NCBI GenBank assembly: GCA_043802295.1
Contig: JAZDLF010000037.1
Span: 1-61,482 of the forward strand
From: Candidatus Woesearchaeota archaeon
GTDB taxonomy: Archaea > Nanobdellota > Nanobdellia > SCGC-AAA011-G17 > JAPLZO01
Length of the DNA: 61,482 nt
Reading direction: 5' to 3'
Below are positions 46,942 through 56,084 of the stretch, piece after piece. How positions within the stretch are numbered: the stretch's first letter is position 1; each line of letters starts with the position of its first letter. The position numbers and the translations under genes are program-made. The notes beneath the pieces were generated by a model. It was not told the origin of the DNA, did no database searches, and saw only the letters and a list, made by a program, of their open reading frames with translations.

Positions 46942-48460
46942 AGTTTTTAACCTGTAGGATATTTTTATTATTTTTCTTATCAAAAAAATCACTTTCAGGA
47001 TTTGTTGCATCTAAACCCGAACCTGATTTTGATATTGAAATGAATGTTTTTAATACATTAAATATAACAAAAGGATGGTTTATCATAAAGAAGAATATAT
47101 TTTTTATTCCATCCCAATTTTTTATATATGAAATGATATAATAAGATCTAGAGAGTTTACTAGAATTTTTAAAACTGTCTAGAATTAAATGCTTAGCCTT
47201 TACTATTTCTTCTTTAGACATATCAGAAATATCTATATAAAATGTATCATCTTTAAGATGATGCATTGAACTCCAGTCAATTTTTTCAGGTAATTTTTTT
47301 TCATTTTGTAATTGATTAAAAAGATAAGTACCTGGATAAGGAGTAGTTATAGAAACATATATTGAAAAAGGTTTAATTTTTTTTACAAGTTCAATAGTCT
47401 TATTAACATCATCCATATTTTCTGTTGGGTTACCTACCATCAAAAATGCATGTGTAAAAATTCCTACTTTTCTACAATCATTAAATTGTTTTATAACATC
47501 TTCTATTCTAAGGCTTTTATTGATAGCATTTAATATTTTCTGTGAACCACTTTCTACTCCAAAAGCTATATTTACACAACCAGCTTTTTTCATTAATTTT
47601 AGTAATTTTTTATCTAAACAAGCTCTTGCCTGACATCTCCAAATAATTCTTAGTTTCCTATTAATAAATTCTTTACATAGATTTTCTATATAATTTGGGT
47701 TTACCATATCATCACAAAAGAAAAATATATCGGGATTATATTTCTTTTTTAACTGCTCAATTTCATCAACTACATTTTTAGGTGATCTATATCTAATTTT
47801 ATTACCAAACATTTTCTTTAAATATGGTTGACAAAAAATGCAATTAAAAGGACATCCTCTAGATGTGATAATGTTTAATTCTTTAATTGGTTTGGATTTT
47901 ATATAAGTTTGAATAGGGAAAAGATCATAATTTGGGAAAGGTAATTCATCAAGGTTTTCAATAAATTCAGCTGCTCCTGTAAAATGTACAACTTTATTAT
48001 CTTTATAATACACTCCAGGTATATTCTTAACTGATTCATTTTTTAAAATTGTGTTACATAAATTATAAAATGTTTTTTCACCTTCACCAAATATTAAATA
48101 GTCTATATCCTTATTATTAATCAATTGTTGTGGCATATTAGTTGCATGGACACCTCCAACAATAATTATATTATTTTTATTTATTTCTTTTATCTTTTTG
48201 ATAACTTTTTCAGCTATATTTAATATAGGTGTAGTTATACTAACTCCATAAATTGCTCTTTCTTTACTTAATTCAAGATTGGAATTAAATGTATAATCAT
48301 AAATCCTAATATTAAGTCCTTGTTTTATTAGATATGAAGCAATATAACCTAAACCCAATGGAGGTAATACAGCTGACCCACTCTTATAATCGTTTGGCCA
48401 AACAAGATTAATTGTATTTGATAATTTGTCTTTCATTTTATGCCTATAAATTTTTTGCAT
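46934..48460 (-). CDS. B12-binding-domain radical SAM enzyme (class B)
   Basis: IYGVSITTP...IIVGGVHATNMP, SRGCPFNCIFC and GVESGSQKIL. Confidence 0.8.
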   Translation of the reverse strand: MQKIYRHKMKDKLSNTINLVWPNDYKSGSAVLPPLGLGYIASYLIKQGLNIRIYDYTFNSNLELSKERAIYGVSITTPILNIAEKVIKKIKEINKNNIIIVGGVHATNMPQQLINNKDIDYLIFGEGEKTFYNLCNTILKNESVKNIPGVYYKDNKVVHFTGAAEFIENLDELPFPNYDLFPIQTYIKSKPIKELNIITSRGCPFNCIFCQPYLKKMFGNKIRYRSPKNVVDEIEQLKKKYNPDIFFFCDDMVNPNYIENLCKEFINRKLRIIWRCQARACLDKKLLKLMKKAGCVNIAFGVESGSQKILNAINKSLRIEDVIKQFNDCRKVGIFTHAFLMVGNPTENMDDVNKTIELVKKIKPFSIYVSITTPYPGTYLFNQLQNEKKLPEKIDWSSMHHLKDDTFYIDISDMSKEEIVKAKHLILDSFKNSSKLSRSYYIISYIKNWDGIKNIFFFMINHPFVIFNVLKTFISISKSGSGLDATNPESDFFDKKNNKNILQVKNYD

Positions 48461-48463
48461 TTA

Positions 48464-49369
48464 TTAGTCATATTCTTTTAATGCATTTTTCCAATAATCT
48501 ACTGACTCTTTTAGATGTTGTAATACAAGACTATCATGTGGTTCTCTTTCTCTAAATGAAAGTTCTAAAAGCAAAATTGTATCCATAGATCTTTTTTCTT
48601 TTAATATTGCTATAATATCTTTAGGATTTATTTTCCCTATTTTATTATACTCTTCAATAAAAGGATAATGCCCACCTTTATCAGTTAATGATTGTTTTAT
48701 ATGCAAAAAAGGTGTAATATTTGCAAAGGTCTTTAACCACGTTTTATAATCATAGTCAGCTGGATTTTTAGATGTTATATCACCATGATCTACATCAAGA
48801 CAAAGGTTTATTGGTAATGCACTTCCTTCAAAAAGTTTTTGTATTCGTTCTGTTTCTTCTATAGTTTCTCCATATTCTCTTTTAATGGACATAGGCTCCC
48901 AACTTAAAGAAGATAACCCTATTTTTTTACAGTATTCAGCTAGTTCTCTCCATGCATTTATAGTTTCTTTTAGAATAAAGTTTCTTTTATTTCCATTATA
49001 AAGATCTTCATAACACATTATTCCTAAATGGCTTGATAGATTATTAGCACCTAATCTAGCTGTTATATCTGCTAATTTCTTAAACCATTTTTTCCAGTAA
49101 ATTCTCATATTTTCATCTGGATGAGAAAAATGATTAATTCTAGTAAATGCACCAGTCATAATACTTTCTATATTTATATTATATTCTAGTTTACACTTAT
49201 TTATACGTTTTACTAAATCATCTATAATAAAATTACCCCAAGCCGGATTTATCAAATCTGCTGTTAATTGTATATATTTTAAATTAAGCTCTTTTCCAAT
49301 AATCCTCATCCATTGTTCAGGAATAGGGTACCTATTTACCGCAAATCCAGTATTAATTCCGAGTTTCAT
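48464..49369 (-). CDS. Sugar phosphate isomerase/epimerase (xylose-isomerase-like TIM barrel)
   Basis: 301 aa. The pattern LGANNLSSHLG...WEP...LCLDVDHGD is typical of AP-endonuclease-2/xylose-isomerase-like TIM barrels. Confidence 0.6.
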   Translation of the reverse strand: MKLGINTGFAVNRYPIPEQWMRIIGKELNLKYIQLTADLINPAWGNFIIDDLVKRINKCKLEYNINIESIMTGAFTRINHFSHPDENMRIYWKKWFKKLADITARLGANNLSSHLGIMCYEDLYNGNKRNFILKETINAWRELAEYCKKIGLSSLSWEPMSIKREYGETIEETERIQKLFEGSALPINLCLDVDHGDITSKNPADYDYKTWLKTFANITPFLHIKQSLTDKGGHYPFIEEYNKIGKINPKDIIAILKEKRSMDTILLLELSFREREPHDSLVLQHLKESVDYWKNALKEYD

Positions 49370-49373
49370 GGTA

Positions 49374-50423
49374 TTATGGATTTATAACTATCTTAAGGTT
49401 TGATTTATCCTCCCTCAATTCTTTTATGGCTTCATTAAAGTCATCTAATTTAAATTTTTTACTTATTATATTAGAAAGATTTATTTTTCTTTTTTTTATT
49501 AATTCCACAGCCTTTTTATGTTGTAAAGGTGTTGAACCATGAGATCCAGTTATAAATATTTCATTATAATGTATAATATTTGATTTAAAAGAAATATCTC
49601 TATCAGTTCCAGGTAATCCTGCAAAAAAATTAATAATCCCCTTTCTTTTAATTAACTTTAGTGAAATTTCTTGTGCATCAACTGAAGGACAAGCAACAAT
49701 TATTATATCAAATCCTTGTCCATTTGTATATTTTTTATATATTTCCATCAAATTTTCATTAGTTGATAATACATATTCATCTGCATGAATAGATTTCTTT
49801 GCTATATTGATTCTTATTGGGTCTATATCTGTTAAAATTACTGTTGAAGCACCCATAATATAACCCAATTCTGATAACATACATCCCATTGGTCCTGCAC
49901 CAATTATTAAAACTTTATGCCCTAATTTTATATTACATAATTCATAACCGTTAATACAACAAGCAAGAGGTTCTGATAAAGAATATTCATCTTGGCGATT
50001 TTCAGTATCATCAATAATACATAATGGGCCATAATTTATGATTCTCTCATCTATTTTTAGATATTCAGCAAAACCTCCTTGAGTTTCATATCCAAAAGCA
50101 ATTGTATTTGAACAATGATTACCAACCCCATTTTTACACCATTCACATAAACCACAAGGAATATCAGCAGATAATGCAACCTTATCTCCTATTTTGAATT
50201 TTTTATTTACTTTTTTTCCTATTTCGACTATTTTTCCAGCTATTTCATGACCTAATATTTGGGGAAACTTAATTCTAGAACTTCCATTAGCAATTATCCT
50301 AAGATCACTTCCACAAATACTACAACTGTCTATCTTTATAAGTATATCATTGTCACTTATACTTGGTTTGGGTACTTCTTCTATATGTACATTATTAATA
50401 TCATACATTATTGCAGCTTTCAT
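49374..50423 (-). CDS. Zn-dependent medium-chain dehydrogenase/reductase (polyol or polyol-phosphate dehydrogenase-like)
   Basis: CSICGSD, GHEIAGKIVEIG, structural-Zn Cys cluster CGLCEWCKNGVGNHC, and NAD motif LIIGAGPMG. Confidence 0.8.
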   Translation of the reverse strand: MKAAIMYDINNVHIEEVPKPSISDNDILIKIDSCSICGSDLRIIANGSSRIKFPQILGHEIAGKIVEIGKKVNKKFKIGDKVALSADIPCGLCEWCKNGVGNHCSNTIAFGYETQGGFAEYLKIDERIINYGPLCIIDDTENRQDEYSLSEPLACCINGYELCNIKLGHKVLIIGAGPMGCMLSELGYIMGASTVILTDIDPIRINIAKKSIHADEYVLSTNENLMEIYKKYTNGQGFDIIIVACPSVDAQEISLKLIKRKGIINFFAGLPGTDRDISFKSNIIHYNEIFITGSHGSTPLQHKKAVELIKKRKINLSNIISKKFKLDDFNEAIKELREDKSNLKIVINP

Positions 50424-50424
50424 T

Positions 50425-52179
50425 TTACGGATTGATTATAACTTTTATAAATTCTATATCTTTATTTTTTATTATATTAAGAACTTTATCTATTTGATCT
50501 AATGAAAAAGTATGTGTGATTATATTATCTATTTTTATTTCATTTTTAGATATGTAATCTATACAAAATTTCCAATCATCATTATGTTTATCATTTATAA
50601 CCGAATTCCAAGAAGAGATTATATTTAACTCACCCCTCATAATATTTGACATAGAAGAAGGATTTAATGTAATACCTTGTTCATAATTGGCTAACATTAA
50701 TATTGTAGATTGTTTATCAACATATTTTAATGCATCATTAAATAGCTCTGAAGACCCACTACAATCAATTAACAAATCAAATTTTTTATCTTCAAAACTT
50801 TCAAAGGTTGGAAAGCATTCATCAAATTCCATATTCTTTGCTACATTTAATCTATAATTATTTTTATCAATTCCTACTATTTTTCCAGCTCCAAATCTTT
50901 TTAAGAGAATTCCTGTTAATAACCCTATTGGACCTAACCCCAAAATAAGTGCATTTGAATTGACTATTTTATTTATCTTTTTTAATCCATTATATACAAC
51001 AGCAAGCGGTTCTATAAGACATGCATTGTTATAATTAATATTATTGGGTAATATAAATACATTTTCTGCAGGAACAATACATATTTCAGCAAAGCCACCA
51101 TCACATCTAGAACCAAGATAATTATATTTCTCGCATAAATTATATTTTCCCATTTGGCAGAATTTACAATTCTTGCAAGGTATTAAAGGATATACGACTA
51201 CTCTTTGGTTCAAAAGATATCTATTTTTCTCTTTTGTCTTTACAACTAATCCTGAGAATTCATGTCCGGGTACTAAATTATTTGAATACATTCCTTTTTC
51301 AAATACTCTTGTAATATCCGAGCTACAAATACCACAACTCATCACTTTTACCACCACTTCATCCTCTTGAGGTGGCATTAATTCTTTATCTTCTAAAAAA
51401 ATATTACCTATCTGTTTTAAAACAGCCGCTTTGTAAGTTTTTTTTAAAGACGTAACTATATTATTTGAAATTTTTCTCTTTGATGGATCAAAAATTATAC
51501 CCTTAAATCTTTCAATATTATTACTTAATCCATCCTCATTAAATATTAAAGAACTTCCAGCAACAACTATATCAGCACCACTATCATATAATCTTTGGAT
51601 ATGTTCTAATCTAATGCCGCCATCTGATACAATTTGTACCTTTAATTTATTATTTTGAATATATGAGTATAAATCATTTATTTTTTTATAAACAACATCA
51701 TTAAAAGGTAAGCCTGAAAATCCTGTTTTTACATTCATTACTAAAACATAATCTATATATGGTAAATACTCTTCAATTTCATTAATAGTAGTTTCTAAAT
51801 TTATAGCTAATCCTACTTGAACTTCTTTTGATTTTAAATAATTTATATTTTTAAGAATATCTTCTTTTGTTTCTACATGAAATATTATGATATCCACATC
51901 ATATTTTATTAACTGATCAAAATATTTAGATGGTTCTCGAACCATTAGATGCACATCAAAAGGTATTCTGGTTAATTCTCTACATTCTTTTATTATCCCA
52001 ATATTAAATGCCAAATTATCAGCAAATAAACCATCAATTATATCAATATGAAGATAATCTATCCCTGATTTAACTAATGAAATCACATTCCTCATTATAT
52101 GCTTTTGATCAGCACACATTAATGATGCAGCAATTTTCATAGCATTTTCACTCCTAAAGTCTTGAATTTTTATATTCAT
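50425..52179 (-). CDS. Fusion protein: ribulose-phosphate 3-epimerase domain plus Zn-dependent MDR dehydrogenase domain
   Basis: The N-terminal ~225 aa carry HIDIIDGLFADNLAF, FDVHLMV, IFHVE, VMNVKTGFSG and VSDGGI (Rpe signature blocks). The C-terminal ~335 aa carry CGICSSD, PGHEFSGLVV, CKNCKFCQMGKYNLC and LILGLGPIG (MDR). Confidence 0.8.
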   Translation of the reverse strand: MNIKIQDFRSENAMKIAASLMCADQKHIMRNVISLVKSGIDYLHIDIIDGLFADNLAFNIGIIKECRELTRIPFDVHLMVREPSKYFDQLIKYDVDIIIFHVETKEDILKNINYLKSKEVQVGLAINLETTINEIEEYLPYIDYVLVMNVKTGFSGLPFNDVVYKKINDLYSYIQNNKLKVQIVSDGGIRLEHIQRLYDSGADIVVAGSSLIFNEDGLSNNIERFKGIIFDPSKRKISNNIVTSLKKTYKAAVLKQIGNIFLEDKELMPPQEDEVVVKVMSCGICSSDITRVFEKGMYSNNLVPGHEFSGLVVKTKEKNRYLLNQRVVVYPLIPCKNCKFCQMGKYNLCEKYNYLGSRCDGGFAEICIVPAENVFILPNNINYNNACLIEPLAVVYNGLKKINKIVNSNALILGLGPIGLLTGILLKRFGAGKIVGIDKNNYRLNVAKNMEFDECFPTFESFEDKKFDLLIDCSGSSELFNDALKYVDKQSTILMLANYEQGITLNPSSMSNIMRGELNIISSWNSVINDKHNDDWKFCIDYISKNEIKIDNIITHTFSLDQIDKVLNIIKNKDIEFIKVIINP

Positions 52180-52317
52180 TAATCACCAATTTATAAAAAT
52201 TTTTTAATGATAAAATTCAGTTTTTAAGGCTTTATAAGAATTATGTAATATAATATCATATTCTAGAGAATAATAGAAAAATACCATTAAATTAATTCAG
52301 ATACACAAAAAATACCT

Positions 52318-53817
52318 TTAAAAATTACTATTTTTAAATTTTATTTTTTGTAAAAAAGTTCTTATGATTAATCTATCTTGATAATCCAAACACTTAAAGA
52401 TATATAATAAAAATAAGTATATAATTAAAAATAATAATAAAAGGAAAATAAGTTTATGTAATGATAATACAATAATTTTACTTAATTTATAAATAATAAA
52501 TATAGAAACCAAGCCAATTATAAATATTTTTAAATAAATCCATTTAATTGGCTGTAAATTATTAATCTTATGAGCATAATAAAAAAATAAAACCCCGATT
52601 AAAGTAAAAGATATAAATGTTGAAATAGCAGCACCCATTAATTTGAATTTAGGCACTAAAATAAGACTTAATATTGTACCAGTTATTGCTGCAATTAGTG
52701 TTATATAAAAAATAATCTTAGTCTTTTTTGCTATACTTAAGAGATCAAATGCTATTTTAGATAAAGAATAAAATATATATCCAAGAGATAAAATTGATAG
52801 GGCTAATGCACCTTTACTATATTCACCCCCAAACATTATTCCCAAAATATTTTTGGAAAAAAAGAAAAATACAAGATATATTGGCACTATCATTAAAAAA
52901 ATCCATTTTGTTGTAGTATCATAAATCAATTTTAAATCTTTATTTTTACTGTATCCCTCAGTCATAATAGGAAATGATAATGTAGTTAATGCTATTGGAA
53001 TTAAATACATTAAATCTGCTGTTGACAAAGAAACATTATAAATACCAACAGATGATGCATTTTCAAAATAACCAAGTATAAATGTATTTACCCATCTAAT
53101 AATCATAAAGAAAAAACCAGTAAAAACAAGTGGCAAAGAATATTTTAATATTTCGCTCCTATAATAATGAGTTTTTATTTTAGTAAATATAGAAAAAACT
53201 TTTTTCTCCATTAAATAAAAAGATATTATAAAAGTAGAAACTGCAGCTACAGTATAAGCTATAGAAGCACCATAAACACTTAATCCAAAATAAAACAATA
53301 ATAAAGTTAATAATATATTGACTATTTTTTCAATTATTTCTCTTGCTCCAATAGCATAACCAATCTTATGATATGCTCTTAATACATGTATAAATATATT
53401 ACCCAAAACAAAAAAAGGCACACCAATAATTATTATTCTTAAAATTAATGTTAGACTATCATCATGAAATAAATTTGCAATTTTATCTGCGAATATAAAA
53501 ATAATAGAAGAAAGTAACAAACTTAAAGGCAAAGTAATTTGTAAAGCGGATACAATCGCACCTTTAATTTTGTTTTTATTATTTTTAGCTTTATAAAAAG
53601 ATACATATCTTAAAACACCAATATTTAAACCAAGTAATGCTATTATACCAACAAGAGCATATATACCAAAACCAATATTAAGCAAACCAAATTTATAACT
53701 ACCTAATCTTGCTAATATTAAAACATAAAAATAACCAAGAAGTTTAGAAAATAAACTTCCAATAAAAACGATACCTGCTCCTCCTGCAATTTTTATTAAA
53801 GAATCATGATCATTCAT
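52318..53817 (-). CDS. Wzx-type MOP-superfamily oligosaccharide flippase
   Basis: 499 aa with about 14 TM segments and the N-terminal AGGAGIVFIGSLFSKLLGYFYVLILAR block, typical of polysaccharide biosynthesis (flippase) proteins. Confidence 0.75.
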   Translation of the reverse strand: MNDHDSLIKIAGGAGIVFIGSLFSKLLGYFYVLILARLGSYKFGLLNIGFGIYALVGIIALLGLNIGVLRYVSFYKAKNNKNKIKGAIVSALQITLPLSLLLSSIIFIFADKIANLFHDDSLTLILRIIIIGVPFFVLGNIFIHVLRAYHKIGYAIGAREIIEKIVNILLTLLLFYFGLSVYGASIAYTVAAVSTFIISFYLMEKKVFSIFTKIKTHYYRSEILKYSLPLVFTGFFFMIIRWVNTFILGYFENASSVGIYNVSLSTADLMYLIPIALTTLSFPIMTEGYSKNKDLKLIYDTTTKWIFLMIVPIYLVFFFFSKNILGIMFGGEYSKGALALSILSLGYIFYSLSKIAFDLLSIAKKTKIIFYITLIAAITGTILSLILVPKFKLMGAAISTFISFTLIGVLFFYYAHKINNLQPIKWIYLKIFIIGLVSIFIIYKLSKIIVLSLHKLIFLLLLFLIIYLFLLYIFKCLDYQDRLIIRTFLQKIKFKNSNF

Positions 53818-53864
53818 TTTAATTTATTTTAAATTTCATTTTAAAAACTTTATGTAGCTTAATA

Positions 53865-54215
53865 TTAAGCGCTAATTCCTATTAAAACAACACCTACTAT
53901 TATCAAAATAATGCCTAGCCATTTCATTATATTCATTTTTTCTTTTACAAAATATATTGATAATAAGATTATCCATATATAACCGAGAGATAAAAATGGA
54001 TAAACCATTGTTAATGGACCATATCTTAAAGCTCCTAAAAAAAATAAAGCTGATACTCCATACAAAAATATACCAAATAAAAATTTATAATTTTTAAATA
54101 AACCTTTAAATGTTAGACTAATTTCTTTAGATCCAAGTTTTAAAAATAATGCCCCAAATGCTCCTATAAAAGTTGTAATTATTACTAAAAGTATAATAAA
54201 TATTTTATTAACCAT
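53865..54215 (-). CDS. Small 4-TM EamA/SMR-like transporter, ArnE/ArnF-like (partner 2)
   Basis: About 116 aa with 4 TM segments. Shares the (E/D)xMNIMKWLGI...GV C-terminal block with its neighbour. The track start at 54227 is TTG; ATG at 54215 gives an 8-nt overlap. Confidence 0.65.
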   Translation of the reverse strand: MVNKIFIILLVIITTFIGAFGALFLKLGSKEISLTFKGLFKNYKFLFGIFLYGVSALFFLGALRYGPLTMVYPFLSLGYIWIILLSIYFVKEKMNIMKWLGIILIIVGVVLIGISA

Positions 54216-54567
54216 TTTTACTTCCAAGTCCTATAGAACTTACGCCTCCAATTATAAATGCAATACCTAACCATTTCATTATATTCATGTGATCACTAAA
54301 AAAATAAGGTGAGAGTAAACTAACCCAAACATAAGCTAATGCATTTATAGGATACAAAGAAGATAAATTTCCATATTTTAATGCTATTGTAAAAATTAAA
54401 CCAGATCCAAGATATAAAATAATACCTAATATTAAAATATAATTTGTTAATATACTATTTATATCTAACTTCCAATTGTTCATACCACTTTTTAAAGATA
54501 TTTGACCAAAAGAAATAATTATAGTACCAATTAGAACTATAATAATAGACAATCTCTTTTTATCCAT
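54208..54567 (-). CDS. Small 4-TM EamA/SMR-like transporter, ArnE/ArnF-like (partner 1)
   Basis: 119 aa with 4 TM segments. Paralog of the adjacent gene (DHMNIMKWLGIAFIIGGV). Confidence 0.65.
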   Translation of the reverse strand: MDKKRLSIIIVLIGTIIISFGQISLKSGMNNWKLDINSILTNYILILGIILYLGSGLIFTIALKYGNLSSLYPINALAYVWVSLLSPYFFSDHMNIMKWLGIAFIIGGVSSIGLGSKNG

Positions 54568-54568
54568 G

Positions 54569-55597
54569 TTATTTACCTTTTAATTTAGACATATCTGAAT
54601 CAATCATCATTTTGACTAATTCTTCAAATGAAACTTTGGGTTTCCATCCAAGCTTTTCTTTTGCTTTTGAATGGTCTCCTAATAAATGATTAACCTCAAT
54701 AGGTCTAAAAAGATTAGGATTAATCTTGATTATCAAATTTCCATTTTGATCATACCCTTCTTCATCTAAATATTTACCCTTCCAATTAATTTTTATCCCA
54801 ATATAATTAGCAGATATATCAATAAATTCTCTTACAGAATGATTTTTATTTGTAGAAATAACATAATCATCAGGTAAATCTTGTTGTAACATTAACCACA
54901 TAGCTTCAACATAATCTCCAGCATAACCCCAGTCTCTTTTTGCATCTAAATTTCCTATTTCTAAATAATTTTTTCCAGTTTCTCTTTGTGGTAACCCTAA
55001 TTTTATTCTAACAATACCATCTGTAAATTTTCGTGTAACAAATTCTAAACCTCTTTTAGGAGATTCATGATTAAATAAAATACCACAACATCCAAATAAA
55101 CCATTTTTTCTTTCTCTTACAACAGCTTCATATGCTTTAAGTTTTGCTTTAGCATAAGGACTCACTGGATTAAAAGGAGTTTTTTCATTTTGAGGTGTTT
55201 CTAAAACCTCTCCAAACATTTCACTTGTTGCGGCTTGATAAAATCTAGCATTTGGAACATATTCTTTAACTAACTCTAATAATCTTTCAACACCAAACCA
55301 ATTAATCTCTTTTGTTAGAAATTCTTGATCAAAAGAAATTCTAACCTGAGATTGCGCAGCTAAATTATAAATCTCATCAGGCCTAATATTTCTTATTATT
55401 TTGTCTAAAGAACCAAAATCTAAAAGATCACCACAAACTAAATTTATTTTTCCCTTTAAGTGCTCAATTCTATCAAAATAATGATCTACACTACATCTTC
55501 TATACATTCCATAAACTTCATATCCATTATCTAATAATAATTCAGATAAATAACTGCCATCTTGTCCTGTAATTCCTGTTATCAATGCTTTTTTCAT
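54569..55597 (-). CDS. gmd: GDP-mannose 4,6-dehydratase
   Basis: ALITGITGQDGSYLSELLL, catalytic SPYAKAK (YxxxK), and the HESPKRG block characteristic of Gmd. Confidence 0.85.
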   Translation of the reverse strand: MKKALITGITGQDGSYLSELLLDNGYEVYGMYRRCSVDHYFDRIEHLKGKINLVCGDLLDFGSLDKIIRNIRPDEIYNLAAQSQVRISFDQEFLTKEINWFGVERLLELVKEYVPNARFYQAATSEMFGEVLETPQNEKTPFNPVSPYAKAKLKAYEAVVRERKNGLFGCCGILFNHESPKRGLEFVTRKFTDGIVRIKLGLPQRETGKNYLEIGNLDAKRDWGYAGDYVEAMWLMLQQDLPDDYVISTNKNHSVREFIDISANYIGIKINWKGKYLDEEGYDQNGNLIIKINPNLFRPIEVNHLLGDHSKAKEKLGWKPKVSFEELVKMMIDSDMSKLKGK

Positions 55598-55646
55598 CTC
55601 ACTAATGTTTTAATAACTCTATATAAACTTTATTAATTTATAACTA

Positions 55647-56048
55647 TTATAAATTCCTTATTAACCACATAATAAAAGAAAGTGCTCTTGCTTCCCATAG
55701 CTTTTTTATATACATATCAATTAAATCTAAAATTTCATGAAAGATTATTCCTATAAAAATTAAAAATATTATTTTGTTATAAAAACTCAATATTAACAAT
55801 AAAATAAAAAATTCAATTGTATGAAATATACATAAAACATCTTTAAAATGTCTTTTTTTCTCATATTCTTCAAAATATTTATATGCCTTTTTCAAATTAA
55901 AGCTTTTAAATTTTAAAACATAATAAATATAATGATCAACATCTATTAAAAAACCAGCAAAAAACACCCACAAAACATTTAATGCAAGAAATGGATATAG
56001 TATAACGCTTAATAAAGCGCTGCTAATAACATGGTATTTAGGAAACAT
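55647..56048 (-). CDS. Membrane-bound metal-dependent hydrolase-like protein (YdjM/DUF457-like)
   Basis: Multi-TM protein with the FLIDVDHYIY motif. The track start (56171, TTG) would run antisense through the tRNA; the in-frame ATG at 56048 avoids it. Confidence 0.5.
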   Translation of the reverse strand: MFPKYHVISSALLSVILYPFLALNVLWVFFAGFLIDVDHYIYYVLKFKSFNLKKAYKYFEEYEKKRHFKDVLCIFHTIEFFILLLILSFYNKIIFLIFIGIIFHEILDLIDMYIKKLWEARALSFIMWLIRNL

Positions 56049-56084
56049 TAATACAAAAAATTTAAAAGCATTTAAAAACTTTAT

